From the NCBI GenBank assembly GCA_963726245.1, contig CAVSBT010000030.1:64001-128000 (forward strand): a stretch of DNA of 64,000 nt. The letters run 5' to 3'. Below, piece after piece: positions 44,331 to 53,152 of the stretch. The translations under genes were made by a program, and so were the position numbers. The stretch is from an uncultured Chloroflexia bacterium (lineage in GTDB: Bacteria > Chloroflexota > Dehalococcoidia > DSTF01 > JALHUB01). The notes under the pieces were generated by a model. It ran no database searches. It saw only the letters and a list, made by a program, of their open reading frames with translations, and was not told where the DNA came from. Every line of letters starts with the position of its first letter. Positions within the stretch are counted from its first letter, which is position 1.

Positions 44331-44915
44331 TTAGCCTCCCTCCGAGGTTTCCGTCGCTGTTGGCGTGGGTGTCGGTGTGTCCTCAGCGGCGGCGCCCGTC
44401 GGCGTCGCGCTGGGCTCGACGACGGGCTCGGCGGGGCTTGTGGGCGTCGCCTGCACCGCGAGCGGCGCAGGCGTGGGGACGGCGAAGGGATACGAGAAGG
44501 GCGTCGGCGTGGGGACGGCGAAGGGATACGAGAAGGGCGTCGGCGACACGTCGCCGGGTGGATAAGGCGTTGGCGTCGCGGCGGGTTCCATCGTCGGGCT
44601 AGCAACGGGTGTTTCGGTGGCTGTCGCCTCGCTGGGATCGACGACGGGCTCAGCGGTGCCTGTGGGGGTCGCCTGCGCCGCGACCGGCGTCGGCGTGGGG
44701 ACGGCGAAGGGATACGAGAAGGGCGTCGGCGACACGTCGCCGGGTGGATAAGGCGTTGGCGTCGCCTGCCCCGCGAGCGGCGTCGAAGTGGGCGGCGGGT
44801 CCACCACGCGGGCGGTGATGCTCACCATATGCGATTCGAAGGCAAGGAACGCGGGCGCGCCGGCCAGCACCGCCAGGCTCGCTATGAGCGCCGTGAGAAT
44901 CCGAGCTACCCTCAT
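44331..44915 (-). CDS. Secreted AFESH-family protein A with Pro/Thr-rich repeats
   Basis: MRVARILTALIASLAVLAGAPAFLAFESHMVSITARVV; repeated PTPFSYPFAVPT and PYPPGDVS. Confidence 0.75.
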   Translation of the reverse strand: MRVARILTALIASLAVLAGAPAFLAFESHMVSITARVVDPPPTSTPLAGQATPTPYPPGDVSPTPFSYPFAVPTPTPVAAQATPTGTAEPVVDPSEATATETPVASPTMEPAATPTPYPPGDVSPTPFSYPFAVPTPTPFSYPFAVPTPAPLAVQATPTSPAEPVVEPSATPTGAAAEDTPTPTPTATETSEGG

Positions 44916-45446
44916 GCCTTTTTCCTCGTCCCGCGCTATGTCCGGCGGAGTCCCGTCGGCCGCGGACGGGCGCTGGCCCGCCGCGCCAGCAGGACCAATG
45001 GCTGGTGAGGGTTAGGGACTGGACGGGGGCGAGAGGAGCTGAAAGAAAGGGGCGACACCGTGACGCCGCCCCGTTGCAATCTCATCCGCTGGCCGTTAAA
45101 ATAGCAGACGGCCAAGGGGTGCGGCAGCGCTCCTCTTGCCTCGGGCCCCAGCCGTGCCAACTGCCTGGGGCTCGCTCTTTCGTTTCCCGGTCTCAGTCCC
45201 TAACCCTGTTCCCCTCCTGCAAAACACACAACCGACAACGGACTGTCGCCGGTTTCGCCATTTGCTCCCCGAGACCCAGGCGACCAGGTTACGGCCCCGC
45301 CTCCCGATAACCCCACCCCGTCTCGGATCTTAGCCTCAACAGCTAGGGAAAGCCTTCAGGCTAGAATGTCAGAGAGGTCTTAGTGTCCTCGCCTCCGATC
45401 TGCAAACGAATAGACACCACGCCGGAGAGTACGGATCGCGCATCGT

Positions 45447-45602
45447 CTCCGACGAGAGCTGGCTGCTTGAGAATGAAGGACTGCGGGTGCCCGCCACCAG
45501 CAACCCAGAAGCTCTAATGTGGACTAGTAACATAACATCGCCGTTTTGTCAAGTCCTCTGTGTTGATTCGCAGGTAGAGTGTCCTAGTTACGTCGCAGCT
45601 AG
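45447..45602. repeat. Non-coding ~155 bp element, copy 2
   Basis: Same blocks as 33985-34138, in direct orientation. Confidence 0.92.
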
Positions 45603-45795
45603 AATGTCCTCTCGTGGCGGGGTGCTCCCGGAAGGAGGTGCCCGTGTAGAGAGGATGGCTACGGGTCATGGTTCGATATCCCCTGGTGGCGCTGGTGGAG
45701 CAGGGGCGTCTTACCCAGAAGGAGGCAGCAAGGGAGATGGGCCTCTCGACGCGCCAAGTGCGCAGGGTACCGAAGCGGTACCGGGAGAGCGCCCT
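45547..45795 (+). mobile_element. ISNCY/IS1202- or IS481-like element end plus transposase HTH fragment
   Basis: TGTCAA start, repeated TAGAGTGTCC/TAGAATGTCC motifs, then LVEQGRLTQKEAAREMGLSTRQVRRV..RYRE. Confidence 0.6.
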
Positions 45796-46010
45796 CAACA
45801 TGCATGAGGACACTCGCTCCAGGACGGGCGCCTGACAGGAGGGTGCTCGTGATCTCGTCGGCCGAACGCCCTCGCCAGTCGGAGCTATCGATGTTCCACA
45901 TCATCAGCGTATATCCCAGTTCAACCGCGACGGCGTCGATCTGAGGGTCGTGGACGGCATAAGGCGGGCGCCACAAGCCGCCCCGGGCCTCCGTCCGATG
46001 AGCAGCCGAT
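45795..46010 (-). pseudogene. CE4/NodB polysaccharide deacetylase fragment
   Basis: LWRPPY..LGYTLMMWNIDSSDW..PGASVLMH, truncated at both ends. Confidence 0.75.
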
Positions 46011-46248
46011 TGCAGAATTCGGGTCACTGCGTAGCGCTTCTCCATTGGGAGGTCGCGCCGTCTTCGTTGGGATCGGCGGCGCTCTCCAACGGGGCGCTCC
46101 TGGCGTCGCTCCTTGCGCCGGTCGAGCGCCACAAGGCAGGGGGCACGTGTGGTTTCCTTTCCTGCACGAGTCGCGGCCTGGGTTTTGCAAAGGCCTCAGG
46201 TCGCGGCGGGCCGCCCCCTGCCTCACACAGACAGCAAGAGGGTCACAC

Positions 46249-46582
46249 ATGGCAATTCAACCACTCGGAACCGTAGCTTTGACGACAACGCCCACGAGCG
46301 CGTGGGACCCAGGCTCAGGTCGAGCGCTGCTCCTGAAGGCGGCGTGTCTCGGCCAGACGAGCGGCAGCGCCACGGGCGGCCTGCTGGTGCACCTGACTGG
46401 ACGGCGTAGCCGCCGCCAGCGGCACGGTAGCTACCTTCGAGATCGGAGCCAACGCAGGGGCTCCTGTGCCTCTGACTCTTGGTGACGGGGTGCAGCTAAC
46501 GAAGGGGAACAAGCTCGGTCTCAAGGTGAACGCCGGTGCTGGCACCGTCGCGGGCTACTTCGAAGGCCGGTTCGCCTACTGA
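46249..46582 (+). CDS. Small phage-like hypothetical protein, frameshifted
   Basis: MAIQPLGTVALTT..; second frame ..VPLTLGDGVQLTKGNKLGLKVNAGAGTVAGYFEGRFAY stop. Confidence 0.45.
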
Positions 46583-47118
46583 GACCTCCGGGGCCGCGGA
46601 CTACCACGCGCACGAGAGCCAGGCGGCGGCTGGTTGTAGTTTTCGCTGTTGCCGGCCCGCACCCGCTCTATGAAGTCGCGCAGGCCCTGGATGATGCGCT
46701 CCGTGGACTCTTCCAGCGCCCGCAGGGCCGCCTCGCTGCTGGCTAGACTGGCTGCCACCTGGCCGCTGTAGGCGGTGCGCGCCTCTGACATCTTACGGAA
46801 GGAATCGTCGAGCTCTGAGAGGAACGGGAGGAGCGATCCCAGCGCCTCGCTTTCATTCGGCGCGCCTTCCAGCGGAGCCAGCGGTGGCCTCTCAATGGAG
46901 GGAACAGGTCCGCCTGGGGCCCAGCTACGCACGATCTCCTCGATGCGCGAAAGCGCCTCGACAGTAGCCTTGTGCGTGCTGCGCGTATCGCTTTGCTGGC
47001 GCCAGGTAGCCAGCACCGCCACCACGGTCATGATGATCAGCCCGGCCAGAGCCAGGCCCACCGCGATGATGGCCACCAGGGAACTGAAACGTGTCGTTGT
47101 TGCCCACCAGGCCCCCAA
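46576..47118 (-). CDS. Hypothetical single-TM coiled-coil protein
   Basis: N-terminal hydrophobic helix and helical C-terminus. Confidence 0.5.
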   Translation of the reverse strand: MGAWWATTTRFSSLVAIIAVGLALAGLIIMTVVAVLATWRQQSDTRSTHKATVEALSRIEEIVRSWAPGGPVPSIERPPLAPLEGAPNESEALGSLLPFLSELDDSFRKMSEARTAYSGQVAASLASSEAALRALEESTERIIQGLRDFIERVRAGNSENYNQPPPGSRARGSPRPRRSQ

Positions 47119-47367
47119 TTCGTTACGCGAAGGACAAGGCCGGACCTCACATGGGTCTAACTACCTAACGGTTGTGGGGTGCCGATATAACATCCGTTCC
47201 ACGGACCCGTCAGCCAGCCACTTACCAGAACTCCCTGGGGCTGTAGCTCCCTCTGCACATCGTGCCCGAGGGGTGGCCCTCCTGTGGGCATCGGCCAGGT
47301 CGCACGTGCAAAGACCAGGGGCTCGCCTTCCTGTCCGGCCCCCACTTTCTCCCCACAGGAGGGACCT

Positions 47368-47601
47368 GTGAGCAAAGCCACCGGCTATAGACCACCACCT
47401 GACCACGGCTGCATCTATTCCACGTCCTGCCTGGGTTGCCGCGTTCCTCGGTGCCACCATGACGACTCTCACGCGGCAGCCGACTACCTCCGTTCCTTGG
47501 GGCCTGAGGTCGTCCGGCTTCACGATGCTGGCCGGTCGGTCGGGGTGCTGTCGGAGCAATTCGGCATCCCCGAGGCCACCATCCGGCTCCTCTGTGAATA
47601 A
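47368..47601 (+). CDS. Small Cys-rich plus HTH protein (phage/plasmid-type regulator)
   Basis: DHGCIYSTSCLGCRVPRC followed by GRSVGVLSEQFGIPEATIR; GGAGGG RBS. Confidence 0.65.
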   Translation: MSKATGYRPPPDHGCIYSTSCLGCRVPRCHHDDSHAAADYLRSLGPEVVRLHDAGRSVGVLSEQFGIPEATIRLLCE

Positions 47602-47739
47602 AACGGCCCTGCGCTAGGCCTTCTACGCCAGCAAATTGGCCCGTAGAGGCGGCCTAGGAGCCCTTTAGCCTGCCAGCCGGTTAAGGCCCACCTCTCCCAG
47701 TCTGGGGCACCCAGTCTAGCGGATTCGCAAATTGCCCCA

Positions 47740-47768
47740 TTGACATGTCTAGCGGAGGCTGATAGAAT
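47740..47768 (+). promoter_or_regulatory. Near-consensus sigma70 promoter
   Basis: TTGACA-17bp-TAGAAT. Confidence 0.7.
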
Positions 47769-47980
47769 GCCGCTGTCATGAGCTTCTCTACCCAGCAGCA
47801 CCCAAATTCGGCAAGGTCCGCCCTGGCACCGGGAGTTCCCCCCAGCTCGCTGGGAGAAGCTCATGACACCGGAACCAGGGCGGTCTTGTTTTGGGGGGCC
47901 GGTGGCGAGCGGGCGACCCCGCTACCCGCGAATCCGCCTGCCACGACCTACCGGCCCACTCTCATGCAAAGGAGGTAGTC

Positions 47981-48536
47981 ATGACCCAGAAGACGGACCC
48001 TGAGGAGGAGATGTGGCGTCTACGGGAGATGCGCACGACGGGCGGACTGAATGATGCAGGCCAGCGACGGCTTGCAGACCTAGAGGCGCAATTGAGCGCC
48101 GGAAAGGAAACGGACATGGCAAAGACAGACGAGCTAGAGGACCTGGACGAGTTGGAGGAGGAAGAGGCCGCGACAGAAGAGGCTGAAGCACAGGAGTTGG
48201 ACAAGGCACTGGCCAAGCCCAAGAAGGCCAACAAGAAGACCAAGAAGGCCACGAAGCCAGCAGCCAGGCCAGCCAAGGCCACCCAGGTCAAGGCCACTGA
48301 GAAGCCAGCGCCGGAAGGCATCGGCCCCAAAGAGGTCGCAGAGGCAGCCGGTATCCAGCCTGTGGAGCTGAGGCGCTTCTTGCGGGCCCACCCTGAGCTG
48401 GTAGAGGGTCACGAGGCAAGAGGCCGGTACCAGTTGGGCTAGCCTTTCCCACCCCACTGTGAAGGCCATCCTGAAGGCCATCAAGAGCCAGCCGTCGAAC
48501 GGCAACGGCAAGGCCGACAAGAAGGCCAAGTCGTGA
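47981..48536 (+). CDS. Acidic/Lys-rich histone-like protein with C-terminal HTH, frameshift near 48437
   Basis: AGGAGG RBS; E-rich then KPKKANKKTKKATK tract; GPKEVAEAAGIQPVELRRFLR. Confidence 0.6.
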
Positions 48537-48754
48537 ACGACCGTCACAGGAGGTTCCTAGCCCTAGCCGCTCTGAGCTACTATGCTCACGAGAGCCACGA
48601 GGCCTTCATCACCGACCAGGAGGAAGACGGACAGGAGGCCGTCACAGAGGCAGAGGAGTTCATCCAGGCCCACAGGGGAGAGGTCGAGGACCTGGCAGGG
48701 AAGCTACCTGAGGTGGTCCTGACGGCCATCAAGGGCCAAAAAGAGGCTCTGTAG
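48533..48754 (+). CDS. Small acidic hypothetical protein
   Basis: GTGA overlap with the previous gene; same codon style. Confidence 0.5.
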   Translation: MNDRHRRFLALAALSYYAHESHEAFITDQEEDGQEAVTEAEEFIQAHRGEVEDLAGKLPEVVLTAIKGQKEAL

Positions 48755-48965
48755 TGCTACAAAAATGCCCGGTTTCTGCACCTTGCACCAGATTCGGAGC
48801 AGCTTGCGCCATCGGGCACAACGTGTAATATCTGTCTCAGCGCACTGCTCTGTTGCCAGCCGTGTCTGGAGAGGGCAGCGCGCATTGGTAATCCGTCGCA
48901 CCATACGGGCACCAAAGTCGTCAGGATCTCCATCCACGAACAAGCAACTATAAGAAGGAGGTACT

Positions 48966-49628
48966 TTGCTCATGGCAGACGGCCAGGAAAACGTCAGTGA
49001 GGCCCTGGAAAGGCTCAAGAAGGAGGTAGCCGACCTCAAAACGAAACCGGCGGTTATGGAAGTAACCGAACGACTCTGCAACCCCGCACCTCTCGGGCTG
49101 GCCGCTTTCGGACTCACCACCCTGGTCCTGAATGCGTTCAACTCGGGACTCGTCGACAAGTCCAGCGAGGGCTTGGTCTGGCCGCTGGGCATCTTCTTCG
49201 GTGGCCTCGCCCAGTTCGCCGCCGGCATGTGGGAAGCCAAGAAGAGCAACACCTTCGGCTTCACCGCCTTCAGCTCCTTCGGCGCCTTCTGGATGTTCCT
49301 CGGGCTGACCAAGATTCTCGTGAGCACCAAGGCCATAGGGCCGGTTGCGCCGGAAGGTTCGTCACTGTTCCTGGTGGCCTGGGGGATCTTCACCGCCTAC
49401 ATGACCGTGGGCACTCTCAAGATATCGGTTGCGTTACAGTCCGTCTTCGTCACGCTGACCATTCTCTTCTTCCTGCTGGCGATCGGCGCCCATAACGAAA
49501 CCTGGGAGAAGATTGCAGGCTGGGAAGGGATGATCTGCGCCGGCACAGCGCTCTACGCGTCCTTCGCCATCGTCACAAACGAGACCTGGGGTCGCCAGGT
49601 TCTGCCCCTGGGCGTAGTGAAGAAGTAA
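48966..49628 (+). CDS. satP: Acetate uptake transporter (SatP/YaaH/GPR1/FUN34)
   Basis: NPAPLGLAAFGLTT signature, GGLAQF, SSFGAFW. Confidence 0.92.
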   Translation: MLMADGQENVSEALERLKKEVADLKTKPAVMEVTERLCNPAPLGLAAFGLTTLVLNAFNSGLVDKSSEGLVWPLGIFFGGLAQFAAGMWEAKKSNTFGFTAFSSFGAFWMFLGLTKILVSTKAIGPVAPEGSSLFLVAWGIFTAYMTVGTLKISVALQSVFVTLTILFFLLAIGAHNETWEKIAGWEGMICAGTALYASFAIVTNETWGRQVLPLGVVKK

Positions 49629-49675
49629 GCCGAGACCTCCCTCCGGGGAGGCCTCACCTCGTAATCCAGCAATAT

Positions 49676-49717
49676 CGGCGGGCTGCGAGCCCCTCCAGAA
49701 GGCTCGCAGCCCGCCGC
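49676..49717 (+). terminator. Long GC hairpin after satP
   Basis: CGGCGGGCTGCGAGCC..GGCTCGCAGCCCGCCG. Confidence 0.7.
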
Positions 49718-49852
49718 GTTCTCGCTTCCCCTGCCGCGATACTCGCCTTGCCCGCCGCCGGGCCCTAACCTAGAATGAGCCTGCCCATCCGACAGGAGGG
49801 CGCACTCGGCCCAGCGATGTGCGAGGACGAGCCCCGCAAGGTGGTGAACGTT

Positions 49853-51221
49853 ATGTCCAGCCCAGGACCGAGACTGGCACGATGGCGCCCCTCGCGAGCA
49901 ACCTTAAGCCCCGCTGTCGTCTGCCTGCTGGTCGTCATCGCACTCGCAGGCGCCCTTCGCCTGGCCTGGATCCTCTACGCCAAGACAGAGCCCGTCTGGT
50001 TCTTCGACCCTTGGCAGCTACGATCGCCTGGCCGCCGCCCTGGCCGAGGGCCGCGGCTACATCAATGAGGCAGGCCAGCCCACCGCCTACTACCCGCCCG
50101 GCTATCCGGCCGTCCTCGGCGCCGTCTACTGGCTGGCGGGCCACCACCCCCACGCCGGCGAGGCGCTGAACGTCGTACTGGGCGCCCTCACCGCCGGGCT
50201 CGTCTACTGGATAGGGTCGCGCAGCTTCGGGAGAGCGGCCGGGCTGCTGGCGGCCCTGGCCTTCGCCGTCTTCCCCAGCCACATCCTCTACGCCTCTCAA
50301 CTGCACTCGGAGGTCGTCTTCACAGCCGTCTACTTGCTGGCACTCGGCCTCCTTCTGACGGCCCCGCCTCCCGGAGACCGTCGCTGGCTACCGTCCTTGC
50401 TGGCCGCCGGACTCGCCATCGGCGCCGCAGCCCTCATACGCCCGGCCGCCCTCTCACTGCTGGCGGTCGTGCCCTTCGTCCTGGGACCCAGAAGCACACC
50501 CTGGCGGGCGCTCGCGGGCGGCACGCTGCTGGCGCTGGTGGGCGCGGCCGTGGTGGTGACGCCGTGGGTGGTGCGTAACGCGGTCAGGGTAGGGACGCCG
50601 ACCATCGCCACCAACGCCGGCCTCGACTTCTGGATAGGCAACCACGAAGGCGCAACTGGGCTGTGGGGCATGCCGCCGCCGGACGTGTTCCCCAGGGTGT
50701 CCACGGACCTCCGGGAGCAGGAGCGGCACGACTACCGCCGCGGCCTGGAGCTAGGATGGCGCTTCATCCGAGAGCATCCCCTGGGCGCCCTTCGCCTCTT
50801 GCCGGTGAAGGCCTACCATCTCTACACAGACGACGCCCAAGCTGTCACAACGACCGAAAGCTGGGGCGAGACCCCCTTCCTCTCAGACGGAGGGCGTCGG
50901 GCCCTGCGCGGCCTAACGGACGGCTTCTACTACTTCGTGGCAGCGGGGGCCGTGGCCGGCCTGGTGCTGCCGGTCGGAGGTGCGCAGCGGCGGCGGTGGC
51001 CTCTGGCCGTCGCCTTGGGGGCCTGGACGCTGGTGCACCTGGCCTTCTTCGGGGAGCCGCGCTTCCACCTGCCGGTGACCCCGATCATGGCCGTCCTTGC
51101 GGCGCCGGTCTGGCTTTGGGTAGCAGCCCCAGTCTGGCGACGGATCCTGTCAAGGTGGCGCGGCGTCCGGACGCCGGCGGGGGCCCCCGAGGGCGATCGG
51201 GCGCCGGCCGCCCAACCTTGA
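49853..51221 (+). CDS. ArnT/PMT-like GT-C membrane glycosyltransferase, frameshift near 50015
   Basis: PTAYYPPGYP, PWVVRN, NAGLDFWIGN, EPRFHLP; many TM segments. Confidence 0.75.
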
Positions 51222-51245
51222 CCCCTTGAACGCCTCTGCTATACT
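51218..51245 (+). promoter_or_regulatory. sigma70 promoter of tRNA-Trp
   Basis: TTGACC-16bp-TATACT. Confidence 0.6.
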
Positions 51246-51256
51246 TTGAGGCCTGC

Positions 51257-51333
51257 AGGAGTGTAGCTCAGTCCGGTAGAGCAGCGGTCTCCAAAACCGC
51301 CGGTCGGGGGTTCGAATCCCTCCACTCCTGCCA
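51257..51333 (+). tRNA. tRNA-Trp(CCA)
   Basis: Cloverleaf, CTCCAAA anticodon loop, GGTTCGAATCC, encoded CCA. Confidence 0.96.
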
Positions 51334-51384
51334 GCGAAGAGATACGAAACCCACTCGTATGAGTGGGTTCGTTGTTCGGTCTCG

Positions 51385-51482
51385 CTGTTTTGACAGCCAA
51401 GTTGACAGCCACGCGATCCAAACTAGCGGCCCAAGACGGCTTCCATAGCTTCGGCGGCCTCGCGCTGCATGGTGGGGCAGGT
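51385..51482 (-). pseudogene. Extreme C-terminus of a tyrosine integrase plus arm-type repeats
   Basis: Minus strand LPTMQREAAEAMEAVLGR stop; tandem TTGACAGCCA x2; beside the tRNA-Trp 3' end. Confidence 0.55.
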
Positions 51483-51492
51483 CATAAGGGAC

Positions 51493-51870
51493 CTAGGGAA
51501 CGCGCTTTATATCTCTAGAAGCTATAACGTCTACGCCTAGATTAAGTAGATTCGGTACAACGACGGTTCCCATCTTTATCGGAGCCCGAAGCGCGATGTG
51601 ACTGACATGCTCAACCGCGTCGAAGATCCGCTGCTTGGGTAGTTCTTTATTCGAGCGAACCGGTATTACCGCAAGCGTCCCTCCATCGACCCGCATAGTA
51701 GTAATGAGCATGCGTTTTGGTTCGCGGTATTCCTGAGCGGCATATTCCATGCCTCGCTTGCAGGTACAGCCTTTTACTTCGAGGGGGCTGCCCGGACGCT
51801 CAATAACGGTGACTTGGCATCCGCTGGGACAGATTATGCAGGTAATACGGGCGACGTTCTCTTGGATCAT
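51493..51870 (-). CDS. DUF1667 CxxC metal-binding protein
   Basis: TCIICPSGC, CKRGMEYA..PKRMLITT. Confidence 0.88.
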   Translation of the reverse strand: MIQENVARITCIICPSGCQVTVIERPGSPLEVKGCTCKRGMEYAAQEYREPKRMLITTMRVDGGTLAVIPVRSNKELPKQRIFDAVEHVSHIALRAPIKMGTVVVPNLLNLGVDVIASRDIKRVP

Positions 51871-53150
51871 TCCACTGCGCCTCCTTCCGGCTGGGGAACG
51901 ATGCGCACGATAATCTCTTTATTCTTTACGGCCGACGGGTCCGGTCTCGTAGTGACGTTGATCATTTCGCTAGGAATCACGTGCGGCCGTTTGCGTTTAG
52001 CGAGCACGCAGCCGCCTGACTCGATCTGAACTTGGACGTTCTCATCCGGCGCTTTCGGACGGAATGAGAACTGAACCCTTGTATCCGCCGTCAAATAGTC
52101 GACAAATTGCGGAACCACGTATCCCACGTTATCTCCCGGGATAACCTTGATACGTTCCCGCTCCGTGGCGCCCTTGGCCGAGTTTTTGACATATTGCGCC
52201 GCGTTGTTGCCCGCGCGTTGAGCCTCAAGCGTTACCCAATCCACCAGGTCGTGTACCTGAAGTACATTGCCGGCAGCGAAAATTCCGGGCACCGAGGTCT
52301 CGCAAAGCTCGTTGACCACAGGGCCTCCGGTAGATGACAGCGCCACTCCCGCTTTTTGAGAAAGCTCGTTTTCCGGAATCAACCCCACGGAAAACAGCAC
52401 CGTGTCGCACTCGATGTAGCGATCGGTACCCTGTAAGGGGCGCCATTTGTCATCCACTTGCGAAATGGTGACCCCTTGTACGCGGTCCTTGCCGTGAATA
52501 TGGGTGACGGTATGGCACAAGTGCAAGGGGATATTGTAGTCTTCGAGACATTGAACGCGATTTCGGATCAGACCCGCGGCATAGGGAAGCGCTTCTACTA
52601 CGGCGTTTACTTTTGCTCCCTCTAGCGTTAAACGGCGGGCCATGATCATGCCGATGTCCCCGGAGCCGACGATCACCACGGACTTTGCGGGCATGTAGCC
52701 TTCCATGTTTACGAAGCGTTGGGCAAGACCAGCGGGGAAGATCCCAGCGCAACGATCGCCCGGGATGTTGATGGCACCTCGGGCACGCTCGCGGCACCCC
52801 ATCGCCAACACGACAGCCTGGCTCTTTATCATTACCACGCCGTCGCTCTTGTTGACCGCGGTAATACTTTTGTCCGGTTTAAGGTCAATAACCATCGTCC
52901 CGCACAGCACTTCTATGTTGGTATCCGCGAGTTGGTTGATAAAGCGCTGCGCGTACTCGGGTCCGGTCAGTTCCTCTTTGAAATACCGGAGTCCAAACCC
53001 GTTGTGAATACATTGCTGTAAAATGCCGCCGAGCTCGAAATCCCGCTCTAGAATCAGAACTCGCACGCCGTTCTTGGCAACTTCGAGAGCCGCCGCGAGG
53101 CCGCTCGGCCCGCCGCCGATTACCGCGACATCCGTAGTAACTTCCTTCAT
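51867..53150 (-). CDS. NAD(P)/FAD-dependent oxidoreductase (partner of GlpA-like subunit)
   Basis: IGGGPSG, GGILQQCIHNGFG, GSGDIG, SVGLIPENEL. Confidence 0.9.
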   Translation of the reverse strand: MKEVTTDVAVIGGGPSGLAAALEVAKNGVRVLILERDFELGGILQQCIHNGFGLRYFKEELTGPEYAQRFINQLADTNIEVLCGTMVIDLKPDKSITAVNKSDGVVMIKSQAVVLAMGCRERARGAINIPGDRCAGIFPAGLAQRFVNMEGYMPAKSVVIVGSGDIGMIMARRLTLEGAKVNAVVEALPYAAGLIRNRVQCLEDYNIPLHLCHTVTHIHGKDRVQGVTISQVDDKWRPLQGTDRYIECDTVLFSVGLIPENELSQKAGVALSSTGGPVVNELCETSVPGIFAAGNVLQVHDLVDWVTLEAQRAGNNAAQYVKNSAKGATERERIKVIPGDNVGYVVPQFVDYLTADTRVQFSFRPKAPDENVQVQIESGGCVLAKRKRPHVIPSEMINVTTRPDPSAVKNKEIIVRIVPQPEGGAVE

Positions 53151-53152
53151 TC

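Noticed and set aside
48775-48830. NtrC-like TGCACC enhancer upstream of satP
   Set aside because: Only a half-match and no sigma54 -24/-12 element found
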